Positions 31,401 to 37,226 of a stretch of 64,000 nucleotides of DNA are shown one piece after another (within the stretch, counting starts at the first letter, position 1; each line of letters starts with the position of its first letter). The notes under the pieces were generated by a model that was not told where the DNA came from, ran no database searches, and was given only the letters and a program-made list of their open reading frames with translations. This DNA comes from a virus. The stretch lies in the IMG/VR virus record IMGVR_UViG_3300045988_117192, positions 23,646 to 87,645 of that record; one strand, 5' to 3'. A program made the translations under genes and the position numbers.

Positions 31401-33715
31401 GTTTAAAACCTAAAGATACAGATCTTAAAATGCTTGGTAAAGAAGGTTTAAAATTAGTTGGTATTGGTATTTCTTCTGAAAATGGTAAGAAAGATTGGTA
31501 TAATGAAATAGGTTATGAGTTTGATAAAACTCCTTTAATGCCTATGACTAAACTTCTTGAAAGTAAACAAACTATTGATTTACAAAAGAAAATTAAACAA
31601 ATTAATGAACGTACTATTACAAGAGAACAATTCAATACTGATGAAGAATTTAATAAAGCTATTACTGAACATGATGAAAAAATAACTGCATTAGAAGCTC
31701 AATTAAAGAAAGAAAGAAATGCTCTTCTTAATAGAGATTGGTTAAATGTTATAGACTGTTATCTAGAACAAGCTAATAGATATAATGCTATTAATGATAA
31801 TAAAACTAAATTATATTTTCTTCATAATGTTCTAAAAAGTATGCAAATGTATTCTAGAAAATATGGTCTTACAGGTGATTTAGATAAAAATACTAGAAAA
31901 TCTTCTGAAGGTAATATTTATAGTAAAAGTGTTGATGAAAATCTTATCAAACAATACGAGAATACTTTACGTAGACTTTTATTTGACCAATGGAAAGCTA
32001 AAGAAGGTAATATAACAAAATATGCTAATACACTTCAAGGATTTGTTTCAGCTAACTATATGATGTTAAATGTTAGAGGTGGTATTTCTAATGTTACATT
32101 AGGTGAAACAGGTATTTTAGCTGAGGCTTTTGCTGGTGAATTTTTTAGTAAAGGTGATTGGGTTTTTGGTACTAAAGAATGGACTAAGGGTTCTTTAGGT
32201 TTTGCTAGAGGAGGTTTTGAAGCTATGTTTAATCATGAAGGAACTTCTTATAACAAACAAGATGCTATTATTAAATTTTTTAATGTAGTTGATTATGATG
32301 AAATAGCTGGTGTTGTTCATGAATTAAATCTTGAAGAATATAGTAAAAAACTTCGTGATGCTATGTTTAGTTCTCAAACTATAGGTGAACATTTTATGCA
32401 AAATAGTGTATTATTTGGTATGCTACATGGACATAAAATTGTTACTATGCTTGATGGTTCTGTTATGGCTATGAATAAAAGACAGTATATTGATTATCGT
32501 CAAAGTCAAATTCTTGATAGTATTTTATCTGAAGATCAACTTAAAACTTATAATGAATTTAAAGAAAATATTAAAAAAGATCCTAATAAACTTAAAGATT
32601 ATGCTTGGTTTAGAAGAGATGCTTTAACTGATTGGGTTTATCTTCATACAAGTAAAGAACAATCTGATAAATTCTTTGCCGAACGTAATAAGAAAGAAAA
32701 AGAATTTGCTAAAGAATTTGATGATAAAATTAATATGTATGACCAAATAGAACTTGGTAACGATGGTAAACTTGCTTTTAAAGAAGGTTCTGAGTTGGCT
32801 GAGTTAGATAAAAAACCCCATAATGGTTCTTCTGAAATAAGTGAAGCTATGGCTTTAGTTGGTGCTTTTTCTAACAAAGTTCGTAAAGTAAATAATAGAA
32901 TACATGGTGCATATAATAGGCAATCTGCTGCTTATATCGAACGTACATGGTGGGGTAGTTTAGTTATGCAATATCATAAACATTTACCTATAGGTATTCT
33001 TAAAAGATATATGGCTAGAGGTCATTATAATGAAACTAGAGGTAGTGTTGATAAAGGTATGGTTCAAACTATTAAAGATTTGTTTAGACTTAATTGGGAT
33101 AAAATTAAAGTAGATGCAGGTCTTACAGATGAACAAGCTGAAGCTGGTAAAAGTTTTACTTTTATTTTAGCACATAGTTTTGATTATCTTACTCAATTAA
33201 GACAAACACTTAAAGTAATTCCTCCTTATGAAAAAGCTAATATTATTAGAAATTTAGGTGATCTTACAGCAGTATTAGGAGGTATGGCAATGGTTGCAGC
33301 TCTTTGGTATATTGCAGATGACGATAATGAAATGCAAGATAGTATTTGGTTTAATATGTGGCTTTATGAAGCTGATAGACTTACTTCTGAAGGTTTCTTA
33401 TATAATCCTTTAGGTTTAGCTAATGAAACTAAAAAGATAATGAGTACTCCTATTGCTGCTCAAAGTATTATAACAGATGGTTTAAATACTATCAAAGGTA
33501 TTATTGAATGGATGTTTGATGATGAATATGATCCTTATTATCATAGTGGTCGTTTTGCTGGTGAACGTAAAATATCTGTTTATATTCAAAGACGTATTCC
33601 TATATGGAATGGTATTAGAGGCGTTATTGATAGTCCTACAAATAATCATTATTATAAAGTTGCTGAGAATCCTATTGGTATATTTGATATTAAAAAACGA
33701 GTAACTGGTGATTAA
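19430..33715 (+). CDS. giant virion-packaged RNA polymerase candidate (crAss-like vRNAP), 4761 aa
   Basis: 14.3-kb uninterrupted ORF; contains SDFDIDSVYG (DFDID at nt 24725-24739, in frame), the variant of the DxDGD double-psi beta-barrel catalytic motif reported for crAss-like phage RNAPs; size and position in a structural gene block match crAss-like cargo RNAPs. Confidence 0.6.
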   Translation: MNCFARISSSKTGNELRKLIGDNDVLFTTMLLEASDVNGFTEDFQKVYKESNKGAIAPLLDPKTKPQASKIAKAIYNYYYKKHPSIDSTVRNQDSDNNTTLFGYSSIFNREKGKAHVATFILDTFNNLQNSGAELKKNKLEYYRKQAKKAWLNMIFDSISKRDNKKVDDLKKEYKNAEDKASYINELLGGNEKNITYSNYYAVYQELFASDKTSLNYINEVFTNPNLADVYHQIKGDLDEENSKLGAQGNEELNGKNPEGSEVNDVELDTSITTLNNHIGVYTSFMTHVGPRIRNYFNTLRKLASPTIGDFDTSNDYGIAETMDANACSSMLYNQATFHNVDDMIKSIQHIGQTVSGFEAFVKLAKDLEDNPDFATEMFTVFAKTKIDKLETVVKDGMPITRISNASATPRNVLVFDLRNDIKGVIRDNNAFVIASYIKVLDDNTDEALKNIKKLSDKNYSEKDKINFKNKADNTLGKAKQEIIRLIKTYYPSVQDAAILSYIEMNNNAAGNTKIQLENIQALSKDINDACKATDRSYNALQQMTIRAAKIKENNDNLDKARKRGEIIDFNEYQNEKSVYSDDFIEPQDASIQKIVNKLLPYSIINTQLNSRNIHGNNTSNIINNSLITQIDKMLKDNYEERVYDANGKFLYTRIRNKTLEAWGLEKLRSKQYKYSNILLEQTDENGKVLNRGIFKYVNGQLVISENAENLIKLRLFDGAGNMDNNTNLSYSEMTSGDYLPTDFINFFNTKTNEIKDVANYFLRTPSDAPKTFTIRAPKYNTHDLFTVEDKESFNDTINDIVKTHANVLTAEDYNNKYRPDSKNFYFSKLQTYNIENYLTPTENTTIPITDVRSIKKIEGTEKEDGSYEAYVTYGDDKTGDIVVVKGTIEKTKSQKGYHLINVSYEGTFNNTKNYENGIPTNVSSYLTKYYHTELLKHDITINDKTWTKAEQIVNVNHPVYKMIKNQFKQEMLDAAVALSHYFNFRQDEDGYYSIELKKLPNDEISKEPKFKEGMSNTKGYKFYHLGSNGTVLEKNGEGFKLAGNVFHSNKFTLAVESADGTISKKNYLDEIISNDLDKRYDGSINLLYGGAMRIVATLEEDGNYNVEDVIFSDLQQEKINKALSDFLTEYQKQAINKIDSYKNFIQGVDITSENITSFAINNLLMHYNYDELFEGNTKFYKDSQTILKRAKEYQGSGVPYGIANYNIFNNEDLSDVTKHSFLNNGTIEETSKDSEGKEIINKVSIQDLFKGTLFEGTTQRYGFRGVTIKNTQRTNVSALEELVKKLVKDSKIDEEAAREILFGPIVIKNGKIVRDKEGNPVRKGGFTETKVNDAQSYITVQEWVRRISARGQLQRYLPLIKKIIEADKNPDIKLDAKTIKEFVQVQKNFYYDMHYDKNYGIYVPRQIKNAEFVLIPSLIKGTQLEYVYNMMREGNIDQLNTIETSKAANEEVLTIWDNDAKIKGLDGVVDEDEIAKATSKYARQLEENAQIYSYNNLYTQQETPQHMNAENKAGIQLMKKLVDNLPDDDSDLGKLKKEYFKLFTRNIEESFTDLLDNFEIPYDENGNIELDDLNHIKNVNLKVFYNKLKEELMRTGIDSNLNDYVTIPEGSSIPSMPAALMNNVLTKFESVVQSLFNNNITRQKLPGFHAAQITNVGWSPLNETIEDVSYNKTLKYHPEGEPYIEVMLPASFLGINKNDEHYKNMTNKEIIAELEAKGLDMIIGYRIPTEGKQSVCNMKVVGITDDAFGSTIVVPDDWVSQTGSDFDIDSVYGIQFETYKTKSGEVFPVEYKEAKNRTKYDWFNYILKFAKDDSLDPNVKSKIVDAKNKIKSELQTELNKLQNEEKEVWNKFDKNAQKIIKQRQDKITQAIKKQGLEGEDAYHYRLTKLISFLNNTKKTAKNKNTNFIKIIDETIPTIKAIDDFIITQEGKYNEKSKKRIDSILNEKLDTFNNAAKNGGLLTLDDYLKSENDLKANTRKARNNKLLSIMKEILSDPKTLEENLSRSNYDDLVRACNAVMNPNVKAARDGRSPYNVFDQIDYQEDAMSGAKLKAFSVTLDTFCSVCNKVRPTLEKPVYIVYNTDDYKNPQAILDRFNAGKLKDKAKTFAIKHSTYGWSKDNRNVAGKILTAYSSQTTAFILDAIKEGAIPNVNDYTFSVFKTLANIGTDYNTSVAFIMQPGIEEIVKANNSNKSVYSTTSGNPIHQAIRTIAKRLEINAEDNVPITTVLASINKKYNKEFNKIFKQQGDDTITISLKEEDTKNLPIIASMLVDRLKNTGKFSKSSPVEKSLFDLGVILSFNKLHDTANTIGDIARCCNPDRFGAKQTVFETRQVFTSIDQTMFNQEVSPDTGSIIRQLREPVLSVNGKHILASIYPGSDDINSDSNGIINNLLRTNRIAESSYPSLYAFLKYASATSIVVAKTIFDTQDDGFVKLITDFKDVLNGYNQTINEDTYNDLQKYVLSSLYKQVPAIRYLVNVRTNDKGEIEITQNIPTEIDKIEEASKAEITRIYGYERDNSISIINKETYKDDNGKTKTKTIITNFEVKDINNPTKDEMELYEQLSPAQKVQFIKSNFSNAGIFSLLNVSLFNSTARGKWVGMQTLEYKEQNINPNVVYAEFRKAFYNNNPLIVSAAIDLVKYAAQVEGMRMTATAINKIIDNKCLVQPFGRNGLGFVDSIKQTMNDIKNGKGHFGYNLDENNDVNSEVETLYENYLRSHPETKGIKTVYLSKRTQSKYGLYKHDFGTYYLKVNDDKDSPEDNLKAFNQRLANIGIKTYLPLSDKYKTNKYIRFRDSKSNNLYRIVEGDGYIVLYPLSKLEANENSEWSANEDNNRGILSKRAYTVLTNDFAKVKDSQEFTHNFIKERMEHYKETGEKKTFFYKERKNYNRNVPAADFSIEKEAEDGGSMAILRQQIINHFKNPLAGRLFVKNGALTNYIFSPGVENGSEQTIHFGNNDTRRFILSIPDNLNKVEKQCLKGDKDGNKVSVNNIQTPSLRTIVKNAQDAGLTRLSGVVEVIPVVENEAYAASLEELDSNSIDFAHSRRAAKNDQASIDYLEKLRSNDINASIESIGKTDESRKLTTRETAKYARHTADYIRTKLFNQFIEDPDNADAFISITDDRIIAMIKKDPKLMDKYMEAVNIAQAFINEYTPYREFDATSEDSEIRMYINDIKQALDDVSKLPLSDVLQKGAQATLDKYSTNPLVKEGLIDVMDGYWKTYGVAWQFNDIMENGTPILQVMLKNVMDDIDARDKAFQHKTKKEFWNRIREIQAEARRKGETIDWNHIVDEDGRFIQDYDNKFIDDMQELRNKMNEEARLNGYGSLPHLKTKLEYDQFKANHCNQPAAGMYYQRKCALERAIIYGYDVKGDPNLPFESIDRHVPGFPDIYSKYMKLFYKRLDIFHYMSNDGLNENQRQELNKLNQEMFNLVRPGIYADESGRLQERPYVDEGMAVTDNDTLKFYSRESQRALKTFLDNIAQLNDEYFAYDSAYGFEDQLKINLNIIASYENRDANGIPQKPQDWLDAQPEYYEAKQWVQNNARFVLNTANDENGEANSIGAKLKESFRLLGLTSSGKNRSAADVMRNHNNGEGIYDENHVLDGRKLSDEELAEVKDKQLYDYKTKDCPPFTDRVLISNAKPDNTVFTSDFYEGMSKSRTNNANQAYLACVTELNKLLEPYYNNVDGNIHFEQIPDTDEGIELLKKIAQKYQEIRAYKETDNTDRSVSDFIKDNVEFVTNKVAWNGQIAAIKSGNFSDDFKNAFILLAYERKSNGDFVQRNGNFVPNRFLYSYAKPQGKPGDPSYERFVDHKRNEALNLVNQIYRKVSTKYYYQSMHEAMAKAQKNGNYNYMDWYVANHIYNPYTRKMQPLDCWLTSEVRDELFKDNTFEGKWVPRSNQRDKVVRDGTFSTVVAGQKISAYDKDRDMRNHDYNPDLGLIGNYVKGSQKGKYDSKIVMNDSEKAMRDYLQKILMQTANVESARRYFERGYLPASLKPKDTDLKMLGKEGLKLVGIGISSENGKKDWYNEIGYEFDKTPLMPMTKLLESKQTIDLQKKIKQINERTITREQFNTDEEFNKAITEHDEKITALEAQLKKERNALLNRDWLNVIDCYLEQANRYNAINDNKTKLYFLHNVLKSMQMYSRKYGLTGDLDKNTRKSSEGNIYSKSVDENLIKQYENTLRRLLFDQWKAKEGNITKYANTLQGFVSANYMMLNVRGGISNVTLGETGILAEAFAGEFFSKGDWVFGTKEWTKGSLGFARGGFEAMFNHEGTSYNKQDAIIKFFNVVDYDEIAGVVHELNLEEYSKKLRDAMFSSQTIGEHFMQNSVLFGMLHGHKIVTMLDGSVMAMNKRQYIDYRQSQILDSILSEDQLKTYNEFKENIKKDPNKLKDYAWFRRDALTDWVYLHTSKEQSDKFFAERNKKEKEFAKEFDDKINMYDQIELGNDGKLAFKEGSELAELDKKPHNGSSEISEAMALVGAFSNKVRKVNNRIHGAYNRQSAAYIERTWWGSLVMQYHKHLPIGILKRYMARGHYNETRGSVDKGMVQTIKDLFRLNWDKIKVDAGLTDEQAEAGKSFTFILAHSFDYLTQLRQTLKVIPPYEKANIIRNLGDLTAVLGGMAMVAALWYIADDDNEMQDSIWFNMWLYEADRLTSEGFLYNPLGLANETKKIMSTPIAAQSIITDGLNTIKGIIEWMFDDEYDPYYHSGRFAGERKISVYIQRRIPIWNGIRGVIDSPTNNHYYKVAENPIGIFDIKKRVTGD
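22688..22706 (-). repeat. GC-rich dispersed motif copy, reverse orientation, inside vRNAP ORF
   Basis: CTACGGGGGAG at 22693-22703; encodes LYGGAM. Confidence 0.8.
26279..26296 (+). repeat. GC-rich dispersed motif copy inside vRNAP ORF
   Basis: AGCTCCCCCGTAGAGAAG; encodes SSPVEK. Confidence 0.8.
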
Positions 33716-33730
33716 TGTAGTTTAGTAATA

Positions 33731-33774
33731 ACTCCCCCGTAGAAGAGTTGTGTATAATCTACCAACTCTTCTAC
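33731..33774 (+). repeat. GC-rich motif copy fused to a perfect 12-bp hairpin (GTAGAAGAGTTG / CAACTCTTCTAC, loop TGTATAATCTAC)
   Basis: intergenic between the vRNAP gene and the next ORF; motif 33731-33748; hairpin 33739-33774; 50 nt upstream of the ATG at 33798. Confidence 0.8.
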
Positions 33775-33797
33775 TTAATAATAAATTAAATAATATT

Positions 33798-35249
33798 ATG
33801 GCTAAAAAATCATTACAAGATATAAATCCTTTAGAATATGATTTAAGTACTAATGTTTCTGTATCTCCTAAGCAACAAACAGATAGACTTATTCAATTAG
33901 GAAAAGGGGTTTATAAAGATAAAATAAGTGGTAAATTACTTTATAATTATAATGAAATGCCTACTGCTGAAGTTGTAGGACATAAAAAAGAAAAATCAAT
34001 TAATGATAATTGGCAAAAGGCTTATGCTAAAGGCATTCCTAGTGGTACTATGGCATCAGATATAGAAACTATGAATGCTGTTACAGGTGGTGGTATGAAT
34101 TTAATAAGTCCTTCACAAGTAATAGGTGCTGCTATACATTCTGATAAACCACAAGATTATTTTCTTAATTTATTAAAAGGTAATAGTGGTATAGTAACAG
34201 ATAATTTTAATAAAAATCATCCTTATTGGAGTATTGCAGCTAATGGTGCTTTCGATGCTTTTACTGGAAGAAGTTTATATAATATAAATCATTTGAATAA
34301 AACAAAACCTTTATTAACTTCTATAGGTAAAGGAATAGGAAAAACTATAGTAGAAGTTCCTTATAATATAGTTACTAATAAAAATGTTCAAACTTATGGT
34401 AAAAAAATTGTAAATCCTATTATAAATTATGGTAGAGATGTTATAAATCCTATTGAAACTATAAAAGCTATTAAAGATGGTAGATATATTCCTTTTATGA
34501 CTAAACAACAAGCTAAAAATTTACTTATAAAAAATTCAAGAAGATTACAAAGTAGATTTAATGATGCTTATGATTTTAATAAAGAAATAGAAGCTAATAA
34601 ATCATTTCCTGTAGATGTAAATGAACAATATAAAAGTAATATAGATAATTGGGATATAGCTTGGAAAGAACGTGAAAGTATAGGAGATATTAATGATGCA
34701 CCTTATAAAAATAGTAAGCCTTTATTGCATATAGACCCTCTTAAAACTAATGCAGGACAAAAATTTTATGATGCTTATGCTTATTACACTGGTAATAAAG
34801 TATATATTCCTTCTAGAACTTCCAAACATATATTAACCGACCCAAATTCTTTTAAAATAAGACATATTTTATCACATGAAATAAATCATCACATACAAGA
34901 TGTTATTCCTAAATATAGAGATATTGGATATTTTGATAAAAATGTAGGTTATTATGTAGTAAATGAAAATAATGATTTAGCAAATAAAATATTTGCTCCT
35001 ATTAAAAAAAACTCTTTAAAAGAAAAAACGAATTGGGCTGGAAGTCCTTATGAAGTACAATCAGATATGGCAGGACTTAAATATATATTAAATAATCCTA
35101 CTAATTATAATAATCAACCTTGGTATAATAAACTTTATATGAAACATTATATTAGTAAACATTTTAATATATCTTTTTCTGAAGCAGATAAAATGTTAAA
35201 TGATATGTCTAGACATTCATTTGCTATGGGAGGACATATTAATAATTAA
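33798..35249 (+). CDS. HExxH-motif protein (putative Zn-metallopeptidase-like), 484 aa
   Basis: ATG at 33798 preferred over the GTG at 33750 used by the ORF track; SHEINHHIQD contains the HExxH motif; function otherwise unknown. Confidence 0.45.
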   Translation: MAKKSLQDINPLEYDLSTNVSVSPKQQTDRLIQLGKGVYKDKISGKLLYNYNEMPTAEVVGHKKEKSINDNWQKAYAKGIPSGTMASDIETMNAVTGGGMNLISPSQVIGAAIHSDKPQDYFLNLLKGNSGIVTDNFNKNHPYWSIAANGAFDAFTGRSLYNINHLNKTKPLLTSIGKGIGKTIVEVPYNIVTNKNVQTYGKKIVNPIINYGRDVINPIETIKAIKDGRYIPFMTKQQAKNLLIKNSRRLQSRFNDAYDFNKEIEANKSFPVDVNEQYKSNIDNWDIAWKERESIGDINDAPYKNSKPLLHIDPLKTNAGQKFYDAYAYYTGNKVYIPSRTSKHILTDPNSFKIRHILSHEINHHIQDVIPKYRDIGYFDKNVGYYVVNENNDLANKIFAPIKKNSLKEKTNWAGSPYEVQSDMAGLKYILNNPTNYNNQPWYNKLYMKHYISKHFNISFSEADKMLNDMSRHSFAMGGHINN

Positions 35250-35269
35250 ATTAACAATAACATTAAACT

Positions 35270-35770
35270 ATGGCTAAAGATAAATTTAATAAATGGCTTA
35301 GAAGTATAGCTGATATGAGAGGTTGGAACGTTAATGAAATGCTTAATGACCCTACTTATAATTATGAACATTTTTATAATGTTCAACCTCAAATAGCTTA
35401 TGCTATGCTTAAAGATTCACCTGATGCTCACTTTACAGATATTGCTAAAACAGCATTTCATCCTACTTTTAGTATTGAAAGTGATTATAGTGGAAGACCT
35501 AGTGTATTCAATCCTAGAGGTATAGTAGGTGGTAGATGGAGTGATGCTCCTAGATTAGGTAAAAGAGGTTCTAGATATACTCTTTCTGATTCTCAAATGA
35601 GAAATGGTTGGGATGTTGGTAGAACTATAGATTATGTTGGTTTCAATGAACCTAATGGAGCAGAAGTTAGACTTCCTAATGGTACTATGCCAAGGTATGA
35701 TGGTGCTTATTTTGATGCAGTTCTTCCAACTGTCGAAATTATTGGTAAAAGTAAAAGAAAGAATAGATAA
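35270..35770 (+). CDS. hypothetical protein (166 aa)
   Basis: last plus-strand ORF before the strand switch; Gly/Arg-rich; no motif recognised. Confidence 0.5.
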   Translation: MAKDKFNKWLRSIADMRGWNVNEMLNDPTYNYEHFYNVQPQIAYAMLKDSPDAHFTDIAKTAFHPTFSIESDYSGRPSVFNPRGIVGGRWSDAPRLGKRGSRYTLSDSQMRNGWDVGRTIDYVGFNEPNGAEVRLPNGTMPRYDGAYFDAVLPTVEIIGKSKRKNR

Positions 35771-35973
35771 TTATTTTAAATAATTTAATAATATAAAAGT
35801 TGATATTTATAATAATTCTTTCTATATTTGCATTCGTATTCAAACACCAAACAATGTTTGACTAACTAAGCTTCATAAGAGTATATCTCTTATATGTTCT
35901 ATAGGTAATATTTACCTTATGTTCCACGAAAAAGAATTACTAGTTTTCTCACTCCTTTCTGTAACTAGTACTG

Positions 35974-36008
35974 GTAGATGTTCTTCGTCCGTTCTTAATC
36001 TACCTTTT
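35974..36008 (+). terminator. rho-independent terminator-like hairpin ending the plus-strand late block
   Basis: GGTAGAT-(18 nt loop)-ATCTACC followed by TTTT (36005-36008). Confidence 0.4.
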
Positions 36009-36080
36009 GGGACAATAGTTTAATGGATAAAACAGTAACTCGTTAAGTTACAGTTGTAGGTTCGAGTCCTACTAGTGCCC
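36009..36080 (+). tRNA. putative tRNA-Asn(GTT), possibly degenerate
   Basis: hand-folded cloverleaf: D-stem GTTT/AAAC with AATGGATA loop, anticodon stem GTAAC/GTTAC with loop TCGTTAA, T-stem GTAGG/CCTAC with TTCGAGT loop; acceptor stem has two mismatches (GGGACAA vs TAGTGCC). Confidence 0.3.
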
Positions 36081-36088
36081 ACATTTAA

Positions 36089-36159
36089 TGTTCTATGGTG
36101 TAATGGTAGCACTAGAGTTTTTGATTCTCTCAGTCATCGTTCGAATCGGTGTAGAACAA
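36089..36159 (+). tRNA. tRNA-Gln(TTG)
   Basis: hand-folded cloverleaf: 7-bp acceptor TGTTCTA/TAGAACA, D-loop AATGGTA, anticodon loop TTTTGAT (anticodon TTG), T-stem CATCG/CGGTG with TTCGAAT loop; 71 nt, no encoded CCA. Confidence 0.55.
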
Positions 36160-36202
36160 CTGCTTATTGTAGTCTGATTGTTAATGCTAAAATGTATTCT
36201 TT

Positions 36203-36433
36203 TTGGTTGTGGTAATACCCACTTATTTCATGGTAATTGAGTTGATAAAACTAATTATTTTGCTCCTATTAGTTGTAAAACTAGTAGGAGTTTTTGTTTT
36301 TATATATTTTGTATGTGTTCCAACTAATTATAAAAAAAAAGATGTAAATAAAGATAATACTTTATTTACTATTAATGATAAGTTATACAATAATTTTATT
36401 TTAGATTTAAGCAAGTCAAATATAATTTGCTGA
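36203..36433 (+). CDS. small hydrophobic ORF (76 aa), doubtful
   Basis: ORF in the strand-switch region; strongly hydrophobic N-terminal half; could be spurious in AT-rich DNA. Confidence 0.2.
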   Translation: MVVVIPTYFMVIELIKLIILLLLVVKLVGVFVFIYFVCVPTNYKKKDVNKDNTLFTINDKLYNNFILDLSKSNIIC

Positions 36434-36548
36434 TAAGTTATCAGCTAACATATAAAAAAACCAACAGAGCTAAGAAAAAGCTATAAATTAGGCCATATTT
36501 GATTACATTCAACCATACAAAATATTCATTGATACTCTTGTAAGTTGT

Positions 36549-36583
36549 CTGTAGCATTAAAAAAAAAGGCTAGTAGCATTACT
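36549..36583 (-). terminator. rho-independent terminator ending the minus-strand replication block
   Basis: on the minus strand GGCUGGUGGC-AGUAAU-GCUACUAGCC (10-bp stem, two G-U pairs) followed by nine U (plus-strand A-run 36549-36557). Confidence 0.55.
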
Positions 36584-36609
36584 GCCACCAGCCCAAACAA
36601 CATAACAAA

Positions 36610-36867
36610 TTAAAACTGTAAAGTTTCTATTAATTCTTTAATTTTTCTAGCACTTTTAGTACCACTAAAATGATACCTAATAACATCATTTTTAATAAAT
36701 ACTAGTGTAGGAAAATCAGTAAGTTTAACATTAGTTTTAATCCAAAGAGGAACAAATCTAACATCTTGTACTCTTATTCTAATATTACTAAAATTATTAT
36801 CAAGAATATCTTTCATGATTTTACATCCTTGACAACCTTCGGTAGTAATAAGATATAAATATTTCAT
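36610..36867 (-). CDS. thioredoxin/glutaredoxin-like small redox protein (85 aa)
   Basis: N-terminal TEGCQGCK CxxC motif in a beta-alpha context typical of thioredoxin-fold proteins; part of the nucleotide-metabolism cluster. Confidence 0.5.
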   Translation of the reverse strand: MKYLYLITTEGCQGCKIMKDILDNNFSNIRIRVQDVRFVPLWIKTNVKLTDFPTLVFIKNDVIRYHFSGTKSARKIKELIETLQF

Positions 36868-37214
36868 TCACGTATAATTCTATCAGTAATATTACCTTCG
36901 TTACATCTAACTTGACAATCATCTTCATGTCTAGCTTCACATTCATCACTAGAATAACCAGAATGATGAACACAAGGTTTAGCTAAATGTGCAAAATATT
37001 GACCATCTTCACAAATAATATCTTGATTTTCAAGTCTTGCACGAAGAGCTTTTTCATAAGTCCTCATAGCACTAAGCTGAATACATTTATTAGCAAATTC
37101 AATCTTATCATCTTTATCACTTTTTTTGCTATAAACGTAATCATTAAGTTGCTTAATACGTTCAACAAGTTCAGAATGTTCAATCATCATACGTTGTACA
37201 AAATTCGTAGCCAT
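36864..37214 (-). CDS. hypothetical Cys/His-rich protein (116 aa)
   Basis: ORF with 4-nt overlap to the downstream gene; C-terminal half rich in Cys/His (CVHHSGYSSDECEARHEDDCQVRC). Confidence 0.45.
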   Translation of the reverse strand: MATNFVQRMMIEHSELVERIKQLNDYVYSKKSDKDDKIEFANKCIQLSAMRTYEKALRARLENQDIICEDGQYFAHLAKPCVHHSGYSSDECEARHEDDCQVRCNEGNITDRIIRE

Positions 37215-37226
37215 AATAATTTAAAT

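Noticed and set aside
440-32877. Numerous 60-150-aa ORFs on the opposite strand or in alternative frames inside the giant genes (for example 440-712, 4426-4629, 6810-7256, 13282-13584, 22235-22504, 26825-27139, 31070-31345)
   Set aside because: They are low-complexity, Ile/Phe/Ser-rich and fully embedded in long coding regions with strong signals on the other strand. They are typical stop-poor alternative frames of AT-rich DNA, not genes.
33750-33797. GTG-initiated N-terminal extension of the HExxH protein (ORF track start 33750)
   Set aside because: The extension runs through the perfect 12-bp hairpin and the motif region. The ATG at 33798 leaves a plausible regulatory gap, so the shorter gene is more likely, though not proven.
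36420-36437. GCTGATAA-G-TTATCAGC palindrome as a terminator
   Set aside because: It is followed by an A-run on the plus strand and preceded by a T-run only on the wrong side for the minus strand. It does not fit a rho-independent terminator for either direction. It may be a protein-binding palindrome, but I cannot assign one.
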